Shown: one piece after another, positions 49,062 to 60,100 of the stretch | Layout of the letters: each line of letters starts with the position of its first letter | Numbering within the stretch: the stretch's first letter is position 1 | Origin: an uncultured bacterium | GTDB taxonomy: Bacteria > Chloroflexota > UBA5177 > JANWHV01 | Assembly: GCA_963827235.1 (NCBI GenBank) | Contig: CAWHAE010000017.1 | Coordinates: 160,001-224,000 of the forward strand | Length of the DNA stretch: 64,000 nucleotides | Reading direction: 5' to 3' | Translations under genes and position numbers: made by a program | Notes under the pieces: model-generated | What the model saw: the letters and a program-made list of their open reading frames with translations, nothing else | Told to the model about the DNA's origin: nothing | The model's database searches: none

Positions 49062-49099
49062 CGGCTGTAGCCCAAGATTGCACGGCTGTAGCCCAAGAT
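49062..49099. repeat. 17-bp perfect direct repeat with a 21-bp period
   Basis: CGGCTGTAGCCCAAGAT at 49062-49078 and 49083-49099. Confidence 0.8.
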
Positions 49100-49391
49100 A
49101 CGAGCTTGCACCGGACGGAGAAACCGATGTCACGTGCAAGAGCCGCGCAATGACGACCGCGTACTATGGGCGTAGACATTCGCGTTTGGCTGAAGGAACA
49201 CGCAATGCGGCACACGCGGTGCCGAGGGAGAGTCGATACCGCGGCAGGTCATTGCAGCTGGCGACGGTTGTATGGCTTGTAGCAGATTACCAAGCCGGGC
49301 TCGAGCGGACCGCGCGCCAGCGCGAAGGGTGGTGCTTGCGGTCGCCGTGCTCCGGGTGGGCGTACCGTTAACGAAGGTGGGGGGAACAGTG

Positions 49392-51212
49392 ATGTCCTGG
49401 ATAGCGCACCGTTCGGCTGCGCAGACGCAGGGTCCTTGGGCGGCGATTACTCTGAGCCTCACGTGCTGCCTGGTCCTCGCCGGCAATAGCTGGCCGGGCG
49501 CAAGGTTGCTCGCTCCAGTAGGGGCCCAGGCCAAGTCTGACGCTCGCTTGGGGCTGGTCGTGACCGCCGACGCACTCACCGTAGCCTCCCAGGATCCGCG
49601 CGTCGCCCTCGCCACGCTGCGCGATTCAAGCCGGGTCGTCGATCGAGCGGGCTGGGCATTCAGGAGTGCCGACGGAGGGAAGTCGTGGATGCCCCTCACC
49701 TTTCCCGACGACCTGGTCGAGCCAGGCGCGGCACCGGTACGCTATGATTGGTCGGCGCCGCTGGCCGATGTCGACGGGTCTCATCTGTATCTCAACAACC
49801 AATTCCGTTCCAGCCCAGACAACAGCGACCAGGGCGTCTCCACGTCGGATGACGGCGGTGCGAGCTGGTCCGCGCGAGATAATCCCCAGGATTCCGACAC
49901 GATAGGCCACCAGGTTCTGGCCGTTAACCCGCTGGTTTCCGGAGAGGCCTATGCCGAGGACTCCACGTATGCCGGCGGTGCCGATCAGCTGCAGCGCTCG
50001 GTCGATTTCGGCGCGCACTGGCAGGACATGGCAAGCATGGACGCTCTCACGCCCAAGGGTGTCGATCCTGCGACGGTGCATGTGAGCTCCCTGATCCCGG
50101 ATGCAACCGTGCGTGGCCGACTCTATGCGACCGTGGACGACATGCAGGGGGCGCCACGGCTCGACACCTGGAGCGTCGACGATGGGTCGTCATGGCATCA
50201 GGTGCAACTGCCGACCGGGCTCAATGTCGCAAACCTGCAGATCGGCACGGACCCGCATCTTCCCGGCCAACTTCTCCTCTATCCAGTGTGGGGCTCCGGG
50301 CCGGCGACCCCGTACATCTACGGTACCATGGACGGCGGCAGCACCTGGCGCCACGTTGCCTGCCCGGGCGTTCTAGACGGCACGTGCCCGAAAGCAGTGA
50401 TCACCAACACGTTGGGCGACCGTCAGTCGTTCGGGCTGTATGCCGACGGCTTCCACGCTTTCACCGGTGCCGGGCCGGCCGGGCAGCGACTCGCCGTCAG
50501 CGGCAACCTGCCACTACCGCCCCAGGACATTCGTGCCCTGGCCGCGGGCTCACACGTGGGCGACCCCATCTTCCTGCTCGGCAGCACCATCGCCACGGAA
50601 CCGGGGCTGGTCTATGAAAGTACTGATGGTGCACGCCACTGGACCGAGGCATTCGCGGGCACGCTCCCGACGCTGGCGAGCGCAGGTCACGCTCCCGGCG
50701 CCGTCTACGTGGCTCAGACGCACCACGAAGTCGCGCCTGCCTTCGGCCCGATGTACCGCAGCCTCGGCCTGCAACAGATCGGCTACCCCATCGACGAGGC
50801 ATACACCCGGAACGGCGACCTCGTGCAGGATTTCGAGCGTCTGGAGCTAGTCAAGTCGCACGCCACCGGCAAGGTGATCGTGGCAACACTGGGCCAGGAG
50901 GTCTGCAGCCACCTCTGTCCAAGCGTCGCGACGGCTCCCGTCTCCGCTCAAGGCGGAGCCATGTACTTCGCTCAGAGCCGTCACACGCTGGATGGCGCCT
51001 TCTCGACATACTGGCAAAAGCACAGCGGATTGCAGGTGTTCGGCCCACCGATCAGTCAAGCAATTGCCGCTCAGAACGGAGATGGGAGCGGGCGAACCTA
51101 TCGCATACAATACTTCGCCAACGCTCGCCTGGAGCTTCATCCGGAATCTCACAATACCGTCCAGGTGGGCTTGCTAGGCGACGAAGCGCTCAGGGAGCGC
51201 GGCTGGGCCTAA
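49392..51212 (+). CDS. Secreted BNR/Asp-box beta-propeller protein with a Chloroflexota-type C-terminal surface repeat
   Basis: Asp-boxes SADGGKSW, SDDGGASW, SVDFGAHW, SVDDGSSW, TMDGGSTW, STDGARHW; GYPIDE...QDFER and YF..SRHTL..FGPPISQ..QYF.NARLELHPE. Confidence 0.85.
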   Translation: MSWIAHRSAAQTQGPWAAITLSLTCCLVLAGNSWPGARLLAPVGAQAKSDARLGLVVTADALTVASQDPRVALATLRDSSRVVDRAGWAFRSADGGKSWMPLTFPDDLVEPGAAPVRYDWSAPLADVDGSHLYLNNQFRSSPDNSDQGVSTSDDGGASWSARDNPQDSDTIGHQVLAVNPLVSGEAYAEDSTYAGGADQLQRSVDFGAHWQDMASMDALTPKGVDPATVHVSSLIPDATVRGRLYATVDDMQGAPRLDTWSVDDGSSWHQVQLPTGLNVANLQIGTDPHLPGQLLLYPVWGSGPATPYIYGTMDGGSTWRHVACPGVLDGTCPKAVITNTLGDRQSFGLYADGFHAFTGAGPAGQRLAVSGNLPLPPQDIRALAAGSHVGDPIFLLGSTIATEPGLVYESTDGARHWTEAFAGTLPTLASAGHAPGAVYVAQTHHEVAPAFGPMYRSLGLQQIGYPIDEAYTRNGDLVQDFERLELVKSHATGKVIVATLGQEVCSHLCPSVATAPVSAQGGAMYFAQSRHTLDGAFSTYWQKHSGLQVFGPPISQAIAAQNGDGSGRTYRIQYFANARLELHPESHNTVQVGLLGDEALRERGWA

Positions 51213-51392
51213 ACTGCGCCCGCGACCACTGTCGGGGCAGTCGAGGCGAGACCTGGCATGTGCGGTTGCGGCGCGCGACGTCGTGCACGGTCGGCGGCAA
51301 TCAATTGCCTCTGGGCCCGCTAGTGGTGCCCGAGGAGTGGAGGATATCCGGGCTGCTCCTCACACCTTCCGCCGCTTCGCGGTGGCGGGGGC

Positions 51393-51740
51393 TCATTCTG
51401 TATACACGTCGATGCTGCCGTAGCTCGCATTCAGCGGCTGCTGCGGTACCAGTTGTGGTAACCAGGTCTGCGTCAAATCGACCCACCACGACTGCGGCGC
51501 CGAGGCAGGTCGCTTGGCGAACGTGGCCGCGTCTCCGAAGCTCACGGTGACCACGCACCGTATGTTATCGTCGACCGCGATCCCGGTTGGGCCCTGGTCT
51601 GCTACCAGCACGACACCCGTCCAAACCTGGCCAGAGGATGGGCCTTCACATTCCGGGCATGACTCTGGCGAATGGATCTCCGACCGTCATGAAAGAGCTG
51701 CCCCTACGGTACTGTTGTCGCTAGCGCCTGTGTTGTTCAG
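51393..51740 (-). pseudogene. Possible YncE/YVTN propeller C-terminal fragment
   Basis: VADQGPTGIAVDD...VVTVS; no intact ORF. Confidence 0.35.
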
Positions 51741-51936
51741 AGGCCGCGCGTGTCGATGCCGCACAAGGTGCTGCGGCCAGCTTCGCGCCGACTCAGGACA
51801 CGATGCGTGAGCGGGGCGTATCACGTCGATTTCGACTTCTACACCCCGCAGAGCAACGACGTCCACCTCCAGAAAAGATGGGGGCCGGGCGCATTGCACG
51901 CGCTCGCGGCGAAGCCTATACGTCTAGGCAGGACTT

Positions 51937-52785
51937 TCATGTTTCCCTGCGAATGCTTTCCTCAGTAGTCCGGAAGCGTTGCAATATTGCGCGTGTCTGG
52001 GCATCTGGTAGGTGGGCTGTGACCCTGATGTCGGGGTTGCTGAACAACTGCAAGGTGACATGCTGGAACTCCAGGTGTCCCAGCACCGGGTGCTCGACGA
52101 TTTTCGCGGCGTCCAAAAAGTTGCTCGCCTCGTGATGGGGCCACCAGCGAGCAAAGTCTGGGCTGGCGTGTTTGAGATCCGCAATCAGTTCCTCGAACCA
52201 GGCATCACCAGGATAGCGAGCGCTGGCGGCACGCAATTCCCCCAAGAGGCCTCGCGCCATGTGCTCCCAGTGCGCGAACTGCTCCCGCGCCGTCGGATTG
52301 GTGAAGAAGTGCCAGACCACATTGCGTGTATGTGGCGGTGATGCGTCCGCTATGGCGAAGACGGCATCGGCAGCCTTGTTCCACGCCAGGTAGTCCCACC
52401 GCCGTCCGATGACACACGCCGGGGTCGGGTTGAGGTCATCGAGCAGCTGTTGCAGTGCCGGACTGACGGACTCCTCCGCTGGGAGGGCGGGCGCTGGCAG
52501 CGGTTGCCCCGCGAGCAGAAAGAGGTGCCGCCGTTCATTCACCGTGAGCCGGAGCGCTCGCGCAAGGCTTTCCAGCACCTGCGTCGAGGGATGCACATCA
52601 CGTCCCTGCTCCAGCCAGACATACCAGGAGGCGCCAATACTGGCCAGTTGCGCGACTTCCTCGCGGCGCAGCCCCGGCGTGCGCCGACGGATACCAGGTG
52701 GCAATCCCACATCGCTCGGAGCAAGGCGTGCGCGCCGCTGGCGTAGAAAAGCGGCGAGAGCCTGGTGACGTTCGCTCTTCTGCAT
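51937..52785 (-). CDS. MmyB-like XRE regulator
   Basis: FLRQRRARL, RRTPGLRREEVAQLA, WLEQGR, LAWN, SPDFARWW, HPVLG. Confidence 0.93.
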   Translation of the reverse strand: MQKSERHQALAAFLRQRRARLAPSDVGLPPGIRRRTPGLRREEVAQLASIGASWYVWLEQGRDVHPSTQVLESLARALRLTVNERRHLFLLAGQPLPAPALPAEESVSPALQQLLDDLNPTPACVIGRRWDYLAWNKAADAVFAIADASPPHTRNVVWHFFTNPTAREQFAHWEHMARGLLGELRAASARYPGDAWFEELIADLKHASPDFARWWPHHEASNFLDAAKIVEHPVLGHLEFQHVTLQLFSNPDIRVTAHLPDAQTRAILQRFRTTEESIRRET

Positions 52786-52928
52786 CGCAGCTCCCTTCTT
52801 AACCTGGTGGTAGCAGACCTATGACCAAGAAACACTGGTCCTGGTATCCGAGATAAAGCATACTCACGAGGAGCATCAACGTCACGATTGCATCCATACG
52901 GTCACACGAGAGCGAAGGAGCGTTCGCC

Positions 52929-53642
52929 ATGTCCCCGTCCATCGCCGTGTTCGGAGTCGGCCCCGGCCTTGGCCAGGCCATAGCCCGCCGCTACGCACGA
53001 GAGGGCTACACCGTGGTCTTGGTGGCTCGCCGGCAGGAGCCGCTTGATCTGCTGGCTCAGGACCTCACCAGCGCCGGGGCGACCGCGCACGTCATCACAG
53101 CCGACCTATCCGACACCGATGTCACGCCCCGACTGGCCGAGCAGATTCGCGCTAAGGCCGGCAACCTCGACGCCTTGTACTATGCACCCACCCCAGGCAC
53201 CGGGTTCGTTTCCGCAGCCAACCTGACCCCACAGCACGCCCAGAAGTTCATGCCGCTGATCTTCTACACGATGCTGGCACTCGTGCAGGAGTTCCTGCCG
53301 CACATGCTCGAACAGGGGGACGGCGCCATCCTGACCGCGCAGGGCGGCAGCACCGTGCAGGGCCTGCCGAACATGAGCGGCCCCAGTCCTGCACAAGCCG
53401 CCCAGCGCAACTACCTGCAAGCCCTGCACGCCGAGGTCGCCGAGAAAGGCGTCTACGTCGGTATGCTCTACATCGGTGCCGCCATCGAGCACAGTGCGTT
53501 TCACACCGGGTGGGAGGCCGCCAAGGCTGCGGGCGAGCCGGTCTGGGAGATGCCAACCGTCGATCCCGTCCATCTCGCCGACATGCTCTGGACCATGCAC
53601 CGCACGAGGGGCCAGACGGAAGCCAGCTATCCCGCGCGCTGA
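52929..53642 (+). CDS. Short-chain dehydrogenase/reductase
   Basis: GVGPGLG, VLVARR, ADL; divergent from the MmyB regulator; GAAGGAG RBS. Confidence 0.9.
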   Translation: MSPSIAVFGVGPGLGQAIARRYAREGYTVVLVARRQEPLDLLAQDLTSAGATAHVITADLSDTDVTPRLAEQIRAKAGNLDALYYAPTPGTGFVSAANLTPQHAQKFMPLIFYTMLALVQEFLPHMLEQGDGAILTAQGGSTVQGLPNMSGPSPAQAAQRNYLQALHAEVAEKGVYVGMLYIGAAIEHSAFHTGWEAAKAAGEPVWEMPTVDPVHLADMLWTMHRTRGQTEASYPAR

Positions 53643-53759
53643 GCCGCGTCGACGCTGTCGGCATGGCCAGCCTCGTCCTCGAGCCAACGCGCTCGCCTGT
53701 AGACCGGCGTCAGGTGCCGGCGGCGATTCGGCAGCGTGTCCTGGTTCATGGAGGTCGGT

Positions 53760-54074
53760 GTGCCGCAGCCGCGCCGGTATCCAGACGCTGCGGCCAAGCA
53801 GCGGGCGTACCGCCAGCGCCAGGCCGAGACGCGGCAGCGTGAGCAGGAGGCAAAGGGCTTACCGTCGGCAGCTCCGATCCCGACCATGCCGAGCAGTGCG
53901 AGCTGGACCGCGCTCATCGAGCAGGCCCGGCTAGCGCTGGAGACGGCGCGGAACGAGATGCAGGCGTATGCTGAGGAGCGTTCCGAGACCTGGCAGCAGA
54001 GCGAGCGTGCCGGGGAACTGGCGGAGCGTGTAGACGTGCTGGAGCGGGTGCTCGACATGCTGGAGGCGCTGTAG
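53760..54074 (+). CDS. Small hypothetical protein with a KQRAYRQR basic helix
   Basis: GGAGG RBS then GTG; YPDAAAKQRAYRQRQ followed by an acidic helical hairpin (ERSETWQQSERA). Confidence 0.7.
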   Translation: MPQPRRYPDAAAKQRAYRQRQAETRQREQEAKGLPSAAPIPTMPSSASWTALIEQARLALETARNEMQAYAEERSETWQQSERAGELAERVDVLERVLDMLEAL

Positions 54075-54800
54075 CCTATCGAGCACAACACAATGCTCAA
54101 GGCTACGGGCAGCTGCTGGTCATCCACCAGCAGGTCCTGGACTGGTGGTCTGCCGGACCACGTGCGCAACAGCCGCCCGTTGCGGCTGTCGAAGAGGCTG
54201 ATGCCGCCACCGCCGCAGGCCGCGATGTACCCGGCGAGTGGATCATCGAGCGCCTCACAGAGCGCGCCCGGGGTGGCCGGTGGCATGCACCCTGCCGCTC
54301 GTGGCGTCCAGCACATGGAGAGACGACTGTCCGGGCGGCGCGCTGGAAACCGACACGAAGACTCTTCCCGATGTCGCGTCTGCGGGCGACACCCAGGGTA
54401 TACCCTGCACGCTCAGAATGCTCCGCACTAGTCCGTTGGCGGGATTAGTCGCGACCACGGTTGCCCTGGGCAGCAGCCTGTAGCTGGTGACGAAGAGCCG
54501 CCCGGTCTGCTCGCCAATCACGAGGCTTGAAATTGCGCCCACGACCTGTGCCCGTGTCAGCACGGTCGTAGATAGTACCCGTGCTGTTCTAGCGTCGAGC
54601 ATTTGTATCCGTGCAGTACCTTGGGTAGCTGGGTCGTCCAGAAAGACGCGCTGTCGTCGTGCGTGCACGGCCATGGCTGCAACAGAGATCATCTTGGTAG
54701 CAACCGACCACAGCAGCGAAAGATCAGAATAGCGACGCAGACGATCTACGCTGGAGCTTGGCCCGCGCTTGCGCGCTCCTTCGCGCCGCGGCCCCAAGGG
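54075..54800 (-). pseudogene. YncE-like beta-propeller, frameshifted
   Basis: Repeats LDARTARVL, EQTGRLFV, DATSGRVFV, LDATSGRV, FDSRNGRLL across two frames (shift near 54290). Confidence 0.6.
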
Positions 54801-54862
54801 TCCGGATTAGGTCAGCAGCAAGAGTCGCGAGGCCTCCCAAGCTTCGTTGCCGCTGGCGCCGA

Positions 54863-55732
54863 CTACTCGCGCTCGAAGTGGCCGATGATGGTCCCGGGCA
54901 GGCGCTCCGCGCTCGCATCGCCGGCAAGAATGAACTGGACGACATCTGGCGCATTGGGCTCGTCGTCCAATGTCTGATCTATCTCCTCGACGTCGTACCC
55001 GAGCTCGGCGCCTGTGGTCAGCAGCTGCCGCCAACCGGCATCGGAGGTGCCGGCAGCGCGCTGCGCTGAAAGTACCAGCACAAGGCTCTCGTCCTTGGTA
55101 TGCTGCACCGTGATGTCCAGCTCGTCGACACAAGTGCTGCCGGCAATGGCCACGAGCAACGTGGCCAGTCGCTTCGCCTCTTCACCAACCTCTTCAACAC
55201 TGCTGCCGAGACCCACGCCGTAGCTGATCTCGTCCTCAGCCATGCTGTCTACGCCTGCGACCATGTCTTCCTCAGCTGCCTCGGCAGAAGAGTACAGGAC
55301 TCTCCCGAACGTCTCAGCGGCCCTGCGTCGATCCTCGTCCGTGACCGGCGCGTCGTCGATGCCCTGGTCATAGACGGCCTTGGCGTAGTTCAGCCGCATG
55401 TTCTTGTCGAATTCTCTGTCGAGGCAGACTTCCACGAAAGTAAAACTCACGTCTGGGCTCTTCGGCGCGAACTTCACCTCGTGCCCCCGATCGCTGAGGT
55501 AGTCACTGGTGCGACGCAGGTGTTCCTCTTGCTCGGGAATCGATACGACGTCGCGTAGCTCCTTTGGGTAGCACAGGCGTACGGTGGGGCCTTCAAACAG
55601 CTCTCCGTCGCCCTCACGAATCTGTATGCGGGGGTCGATGGCCTGGACCGCGATCGTGGCATGCGCCACGACTTCCCGGGTATAGGCGTTCAGCGGATCC
55701 TGGCCGGCTTGGCGCTGTCGCTTTCGCGGCAT
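54863..55732 (-). CDS. Hypothetical acidic protein
   Basis: 289 aa ATG ORF with GAGAGGG RBS and globular composition; no family recognised. Confidence 0.7.
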   Translation of the reverse strand: MPRKRQRQAGQDPLNAYTREVVAHATIAVQAIDPRIQIREGDGELFEGPTVRLCYPKELRDVVSIPEQEEHLRRTSDYLSDRGHEVKFAPKSPDVSFTFVEVCLDREFDKNMRLNYAKAVYDQGIDDAPVTDEDRRRAAETFGRVLYSSAEAAEEDMVAGVDSMAEDEISYGVGLGSSVEEVGEEAKRLATLLVAIAGSTCVDELDITVQHTKDESLVLVLSAQRAAGTSDAGWRQLLTTGAELGYDVEEIDQTLDDEPNAPDVVQFILAGDASAERLPGTIIGHFERE

Positions 55733-56099
55733 GGGTCACCCTCTCTCGCTGCATCAGGCGTGGGCGCCCGGCCGTCACGCCTTCTGGTCGCACCGCGCTG
55801 ATGCGCCGGACGATGGGCTATCGCGTCCTTCGACATGCACCTGTGTTCGTGGTGCTCACCCCCACTAGTGTCGTGTCCTTCCGGTGCAGCCATCATGGCG
55901 AGCGTGTTCGGCCCGCCTGTACGTATGAAGCGTAGCACGAGCGCAACAGTCAGGGCGGCAGAAACCTGGAGCGTTCTCTAGTGCCAGGTGGGCGCAGCCA
56001 AGCTCCGGCGAACAGAATGGCATTCACGCGTGTACGGCGGAACTGTGCGTGTACTGTGCAGTCGACTGTGCGTGGGCATGCCGGCACGTGGGCCGCATA

Positions 56100-57000
56100 C
56101 TGCGGACAGTGAGGGTGCACAATCTGCCCACCCAACCCAACTGGTCGAGCGACTGACGAAGGGAATCGAGGGATGATCACACACCATGGTCCTCCAGGTG
56201 GCGCCGACGTCGTCGCTGCGCAGCCAGGCATGGATGGCGCCCGAATCATCGTAGTTCGCGTAGACTGTATTTGCTTTCACGGGATCCGGGGCCACGCCGG
56301 CCAGCACCGTCTGAGCGGGCACGAGAGTACCGATACTGCCCGTGTCGGACCAGGTCACGCCGCGATCACGCGATATCTGCAGGCTACCCGACAGCTCGGA
56401 CGAGGTATCGAGTCGATACGCGCGCAGCGGGGATGCCGGGCTGATCACCAGTTCGGATTGGCCGGCACCGTATTCTCCCGAGGCGCCTTACACTATCGTC
56501 CAGTGCAGGCCGCCATCGGTGGGGCGAATCAGCTCATTGTAGGCTGAGCCCGGGGTCCACCCTATCCCATGGAGCGCGGCCAGCTCGAACGAATCATCGG
56601 GTGCAATGTGAAACGGATCCACGGTAATCCCACCCCAATGTGGTGGGCTGGTCGGGTCCGTGTTGTCATCGTGCCCGACGAATGGATGGCCAAGGGTCAG
56701 GGCGTGTCCCAATTCGGACCAGGTGGTTCCTTCATCCGTCGACCTCCAGAAGTCGAAATACCCCTGGGCAAAGTTATCGGAAGACGCGGCGGAGCCACCG
56801 ACATATAGAGTTCGCGGATGCAGCGGATCGCCGGTGAGCGAGATGACGTGCATCTGCGCGCGCACAGCGGCTACTTTCGCATCCGTCGCTCCAGGCAGGT
56901 GGCTACCTGCCAGCAAGGCGGTCACGCGCGTTCCAGGAATCACGCACCCCATCACGTTGCCGCGCATCTCGACCTCACCATTCTTCAGAAAGGCACCCAC
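56100..57000 (-). pseudogene. Secreted BNR/Asp-box protein with an in-frame TAA and a degraded 3' end
   Basis: STDEGTTW, PTDGGLHW, SRDRGVTW, SDDVGATW; ORFs 56488-57000 and 55978-56448 share one frame (WTIV*GASGEY). Confidence 0.7.
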
Positions 57001-57160
57001 ATTGGCGCTTCTCGGTACACAGACGCCCCAGTGCCGGCGGGACGTGGCAGCCAGTCAGAATTCTGCGGTCTGGCAGTCTGGAGAGCCACGGCGGCGACCG
57101 TCCCGAGCACGTCCGGTCCTGTCGCTACCTGGACCGCGTCTTGCACTCCCCATCGACGGC

Positions 57161-60100
57161 CTACGACGTGCCCGAGCTTTGTGCCTCAAGGCCGGCTCGG
57201 CGCAGGAATGCAGCCGCTTCATGCGATGGCGATGCCGTGGAGACCGCTTCAGCCGCACGGGAGAGGCGGCCCCGAACATCCAGGGTAGCGACCAGATACA
57301 CGGCGCGGCGATCTGCGTCCGCGGGACCGATCCACGTAGCCTCATCCTCATGCGCCATACCTTGCAGCACCGGCCGCTGGCCGTCGACCTGGCGATAGAT
57401 CGCGTAGCCTGCGACGTCCGTGGCGGCCACTGGCGCCCACTGGACAAGGGTTCCGCCGAGGCCCGTGGCGACGCGCACCTGTTGCGGTGCCGGCAGCAGG
57501 CCAAGGACCGCGTGACCGGCAACACGGCCGTCCACAGTCACCGCTACCTCGATCACGTTATCCGGCGTCGAGACCGGCGCCTCGACCGCGGACGTGCCAT
57601 TCGGCGGCACGGCCTGCGGCGTGCGCAACAGCAGACGTTGCGTGAGGCCTGCCGAGACGATCGTCAGCCCAACCGCGACGCCGGCCGGCGTCGCGGTGAC
57701 GCCGGTGTTCCGGAGCTGCACACGCACCAGCGACGGCTCACCGGCGCGGGGATGGGCGGCGGCCAGCGTGATCCCGTCGACGCCAAGCGTCGCGGCACTG
57801 CCGGGCGGCACGTCCTGAGCATACAGCCGCGCCCCCGCGTCAAGCAGCGACCCGTTGCCCTCTTGCGGCGACGGCAGGGCACCGCCCCTACACACGCACG
57901 CGGCGACAATACCGGCGGCGCCGGTACGCAAGTCCGTGGCCAGTGCAGTGGTACTAGCGTCTCCTACGGTCAGGGCCAGCGGCATGAAGGGGCTCCAGCG
58001 AGTGCCGTCGAGCACGCTCAGGGCAGGAGCACCTGTCCCCTGCTGGGCGTCGCCGGCGGGCTGCGTGGCCAGCATGGCGATGGTGGAGTGAGCGGCGCGC
58101 GCGAGACGTGGCATGCTGCCAGCGCCCATGTTCCATGTCCTCCACGCTCCGCTGCTCTCGCGCCTCGCCGTCCAGAGGCCGTCGCTTGACTCTTCCGCCA
58201 GCACAGGGCGATTCGTGTCGTCGAATGCCAGGGCATCGCGCCACGCTGCGGAGGGCAGGCCAGATATCTGTCTCGCGGGAGTCCAGCCCTGAGGAGTGCG
58301 CGTGGCGAAGATCAGGCGCCCCATGCCCGGCTGCCCATCCAGCCAGGCAACGCCGAGCGCACCGTCCGGGCTCACGGCAACGACCGGCTCGTTCACACTG
58401 GCCGCAGAGCCTGGAATCGCCCAGGCCGGCTGCCAGCGGCCCGCCTGCCAGTCGGCGCCGGCCAGCGTGCAGCTCCCCAGGATGCCGGTCAGATCGGCCG
58501 TGGATGGGCATCTGACCCAGACCAGTGCCGCCTCCCCCGTAGCCGGGTTCGCGGCGAGTGCCGGCTCGTCCGCCATGACGGGCTCCGCGGTGACGATGGA
58601 CGGGCTCGACCACTGCCGACCGTCCCAGACCGCACTGTACAGGCGCTGCCCACTCAGCTCAGCCCGCAGCGCGGAGAGCGGATCGCGCTGCACGGCGCTC
58701 GCCTGCCCGATTGAGGAAGGGCCGGCAGGGCTCGCGACCCACACGGCGAGGGCCCGAGTTGTGCTCAGCCAGGCAATCTGAGGTGCCGACGGGGATGTAT
58801 GCGGCGCGCTCAGCGTCCGCGCGGCGCCGCTTCCCAGGCGCGCCCGGAGCGTTCGCGTGCCATCGGCCCCAGTCTGCAGCCAGAGCACTGCTCTCGTGCC
58901 ATCCGGCGAGATGGCGTACGCCGGCTCGGGGTCCACCGGCGGTGTTGAAGGCTTCGCCGTGACCGGAACGACCAACATCTGTGCAGCCCGTGGCGCCGCT
59001 TGTCCGGATGCCGGCCGAGCGGACGACGCTTGGAGCGGCCCGATGCGCCGGGGGCTTCCCGGCGGCGATAGCGTTGGCAGGAGGATCCCGCTCGCCGTCA
59101 GGGGCGCCGCGCCGCAATCGCCTACGCACTGCAGCGGCAGGATCGTCTCCGTGTCCGAACCGAGGAATGTCTGGCTGAATGTGGCCGTCACGGAGGCCCT
59201 TAGGCCGAAATGCACCTGCGCTCCGCCGGGCACCTCCAGCACGATGGGCAGCGCAAGGCCCAGATTGCCATCTACCTCGGCGGAGAACGTCCCTATCGGC
59301 GTGGCAATGCTGCCCGTGCCCACGACGCTGAACGTCAGTGTGGGGTCGAGGGTGAACTCGGCCGCATTCAGAGTCCCCGGCACGCCGAACGCGGCATTGA
59401 CACTGCCATTGGCGCGAAAGCGCACGTTGACCACCACGACCAGCCCGAGATCGGGGATTTCGAACAGCTCGTTGTACAGGCTGACGTCGATCGACTTGCT
59501 GGCCAGAGGCACCGTCTGCAGCATGGCGCCGTGCGAGAGGTCGGGACCGCCGCCACTGAGCGAGGGTAGCTGCTCGTTGAGCAGCGTGTGATTGAGCAGG
59601 ATCAAGCGGGCATGCCCACCCAGGGAGCCGGTCCAGGAGCCGTCGGTGTGGATGGTCTCCTTCACGTCGAGGCCGATATCGCCCTCATTGTTCCAGTTCT
59701 GGAAGACCTCCGCCGGCAGATTGGCTCCTTCTATGGTGGAAGCGGGCAGCGAGAGATCGATCGGCTCGCTGAACCGGAGGCGAGGCCGCGTCGGCAGCAC
59801 GCCGCTCACCTGGTAGCTATTCGTGCCGGCATCAAAGTAGGTGTCGACGGTGCCCAGCACGGTTGAAGCGGGATTCTTCACCGTAGTGAGCTGGTACGCT
59901 GCCACACAGGCCTGATTGCTGCTGCCGACCTGCCACTCCAGGTAGCTCGTTCCGGCCTGAAGAATCGATGCGTCGAACTGGATGGTCGCAGGCGTGTAGC
60001 CGGGCGAGGCCTGGGTGCCGCTTCCCGCGACGGGGCTACCGATCGTCGCCGTGCCGACCAAGGTGTTGGTACCGTTGTGGTAGAGCGACACACTCACTGC

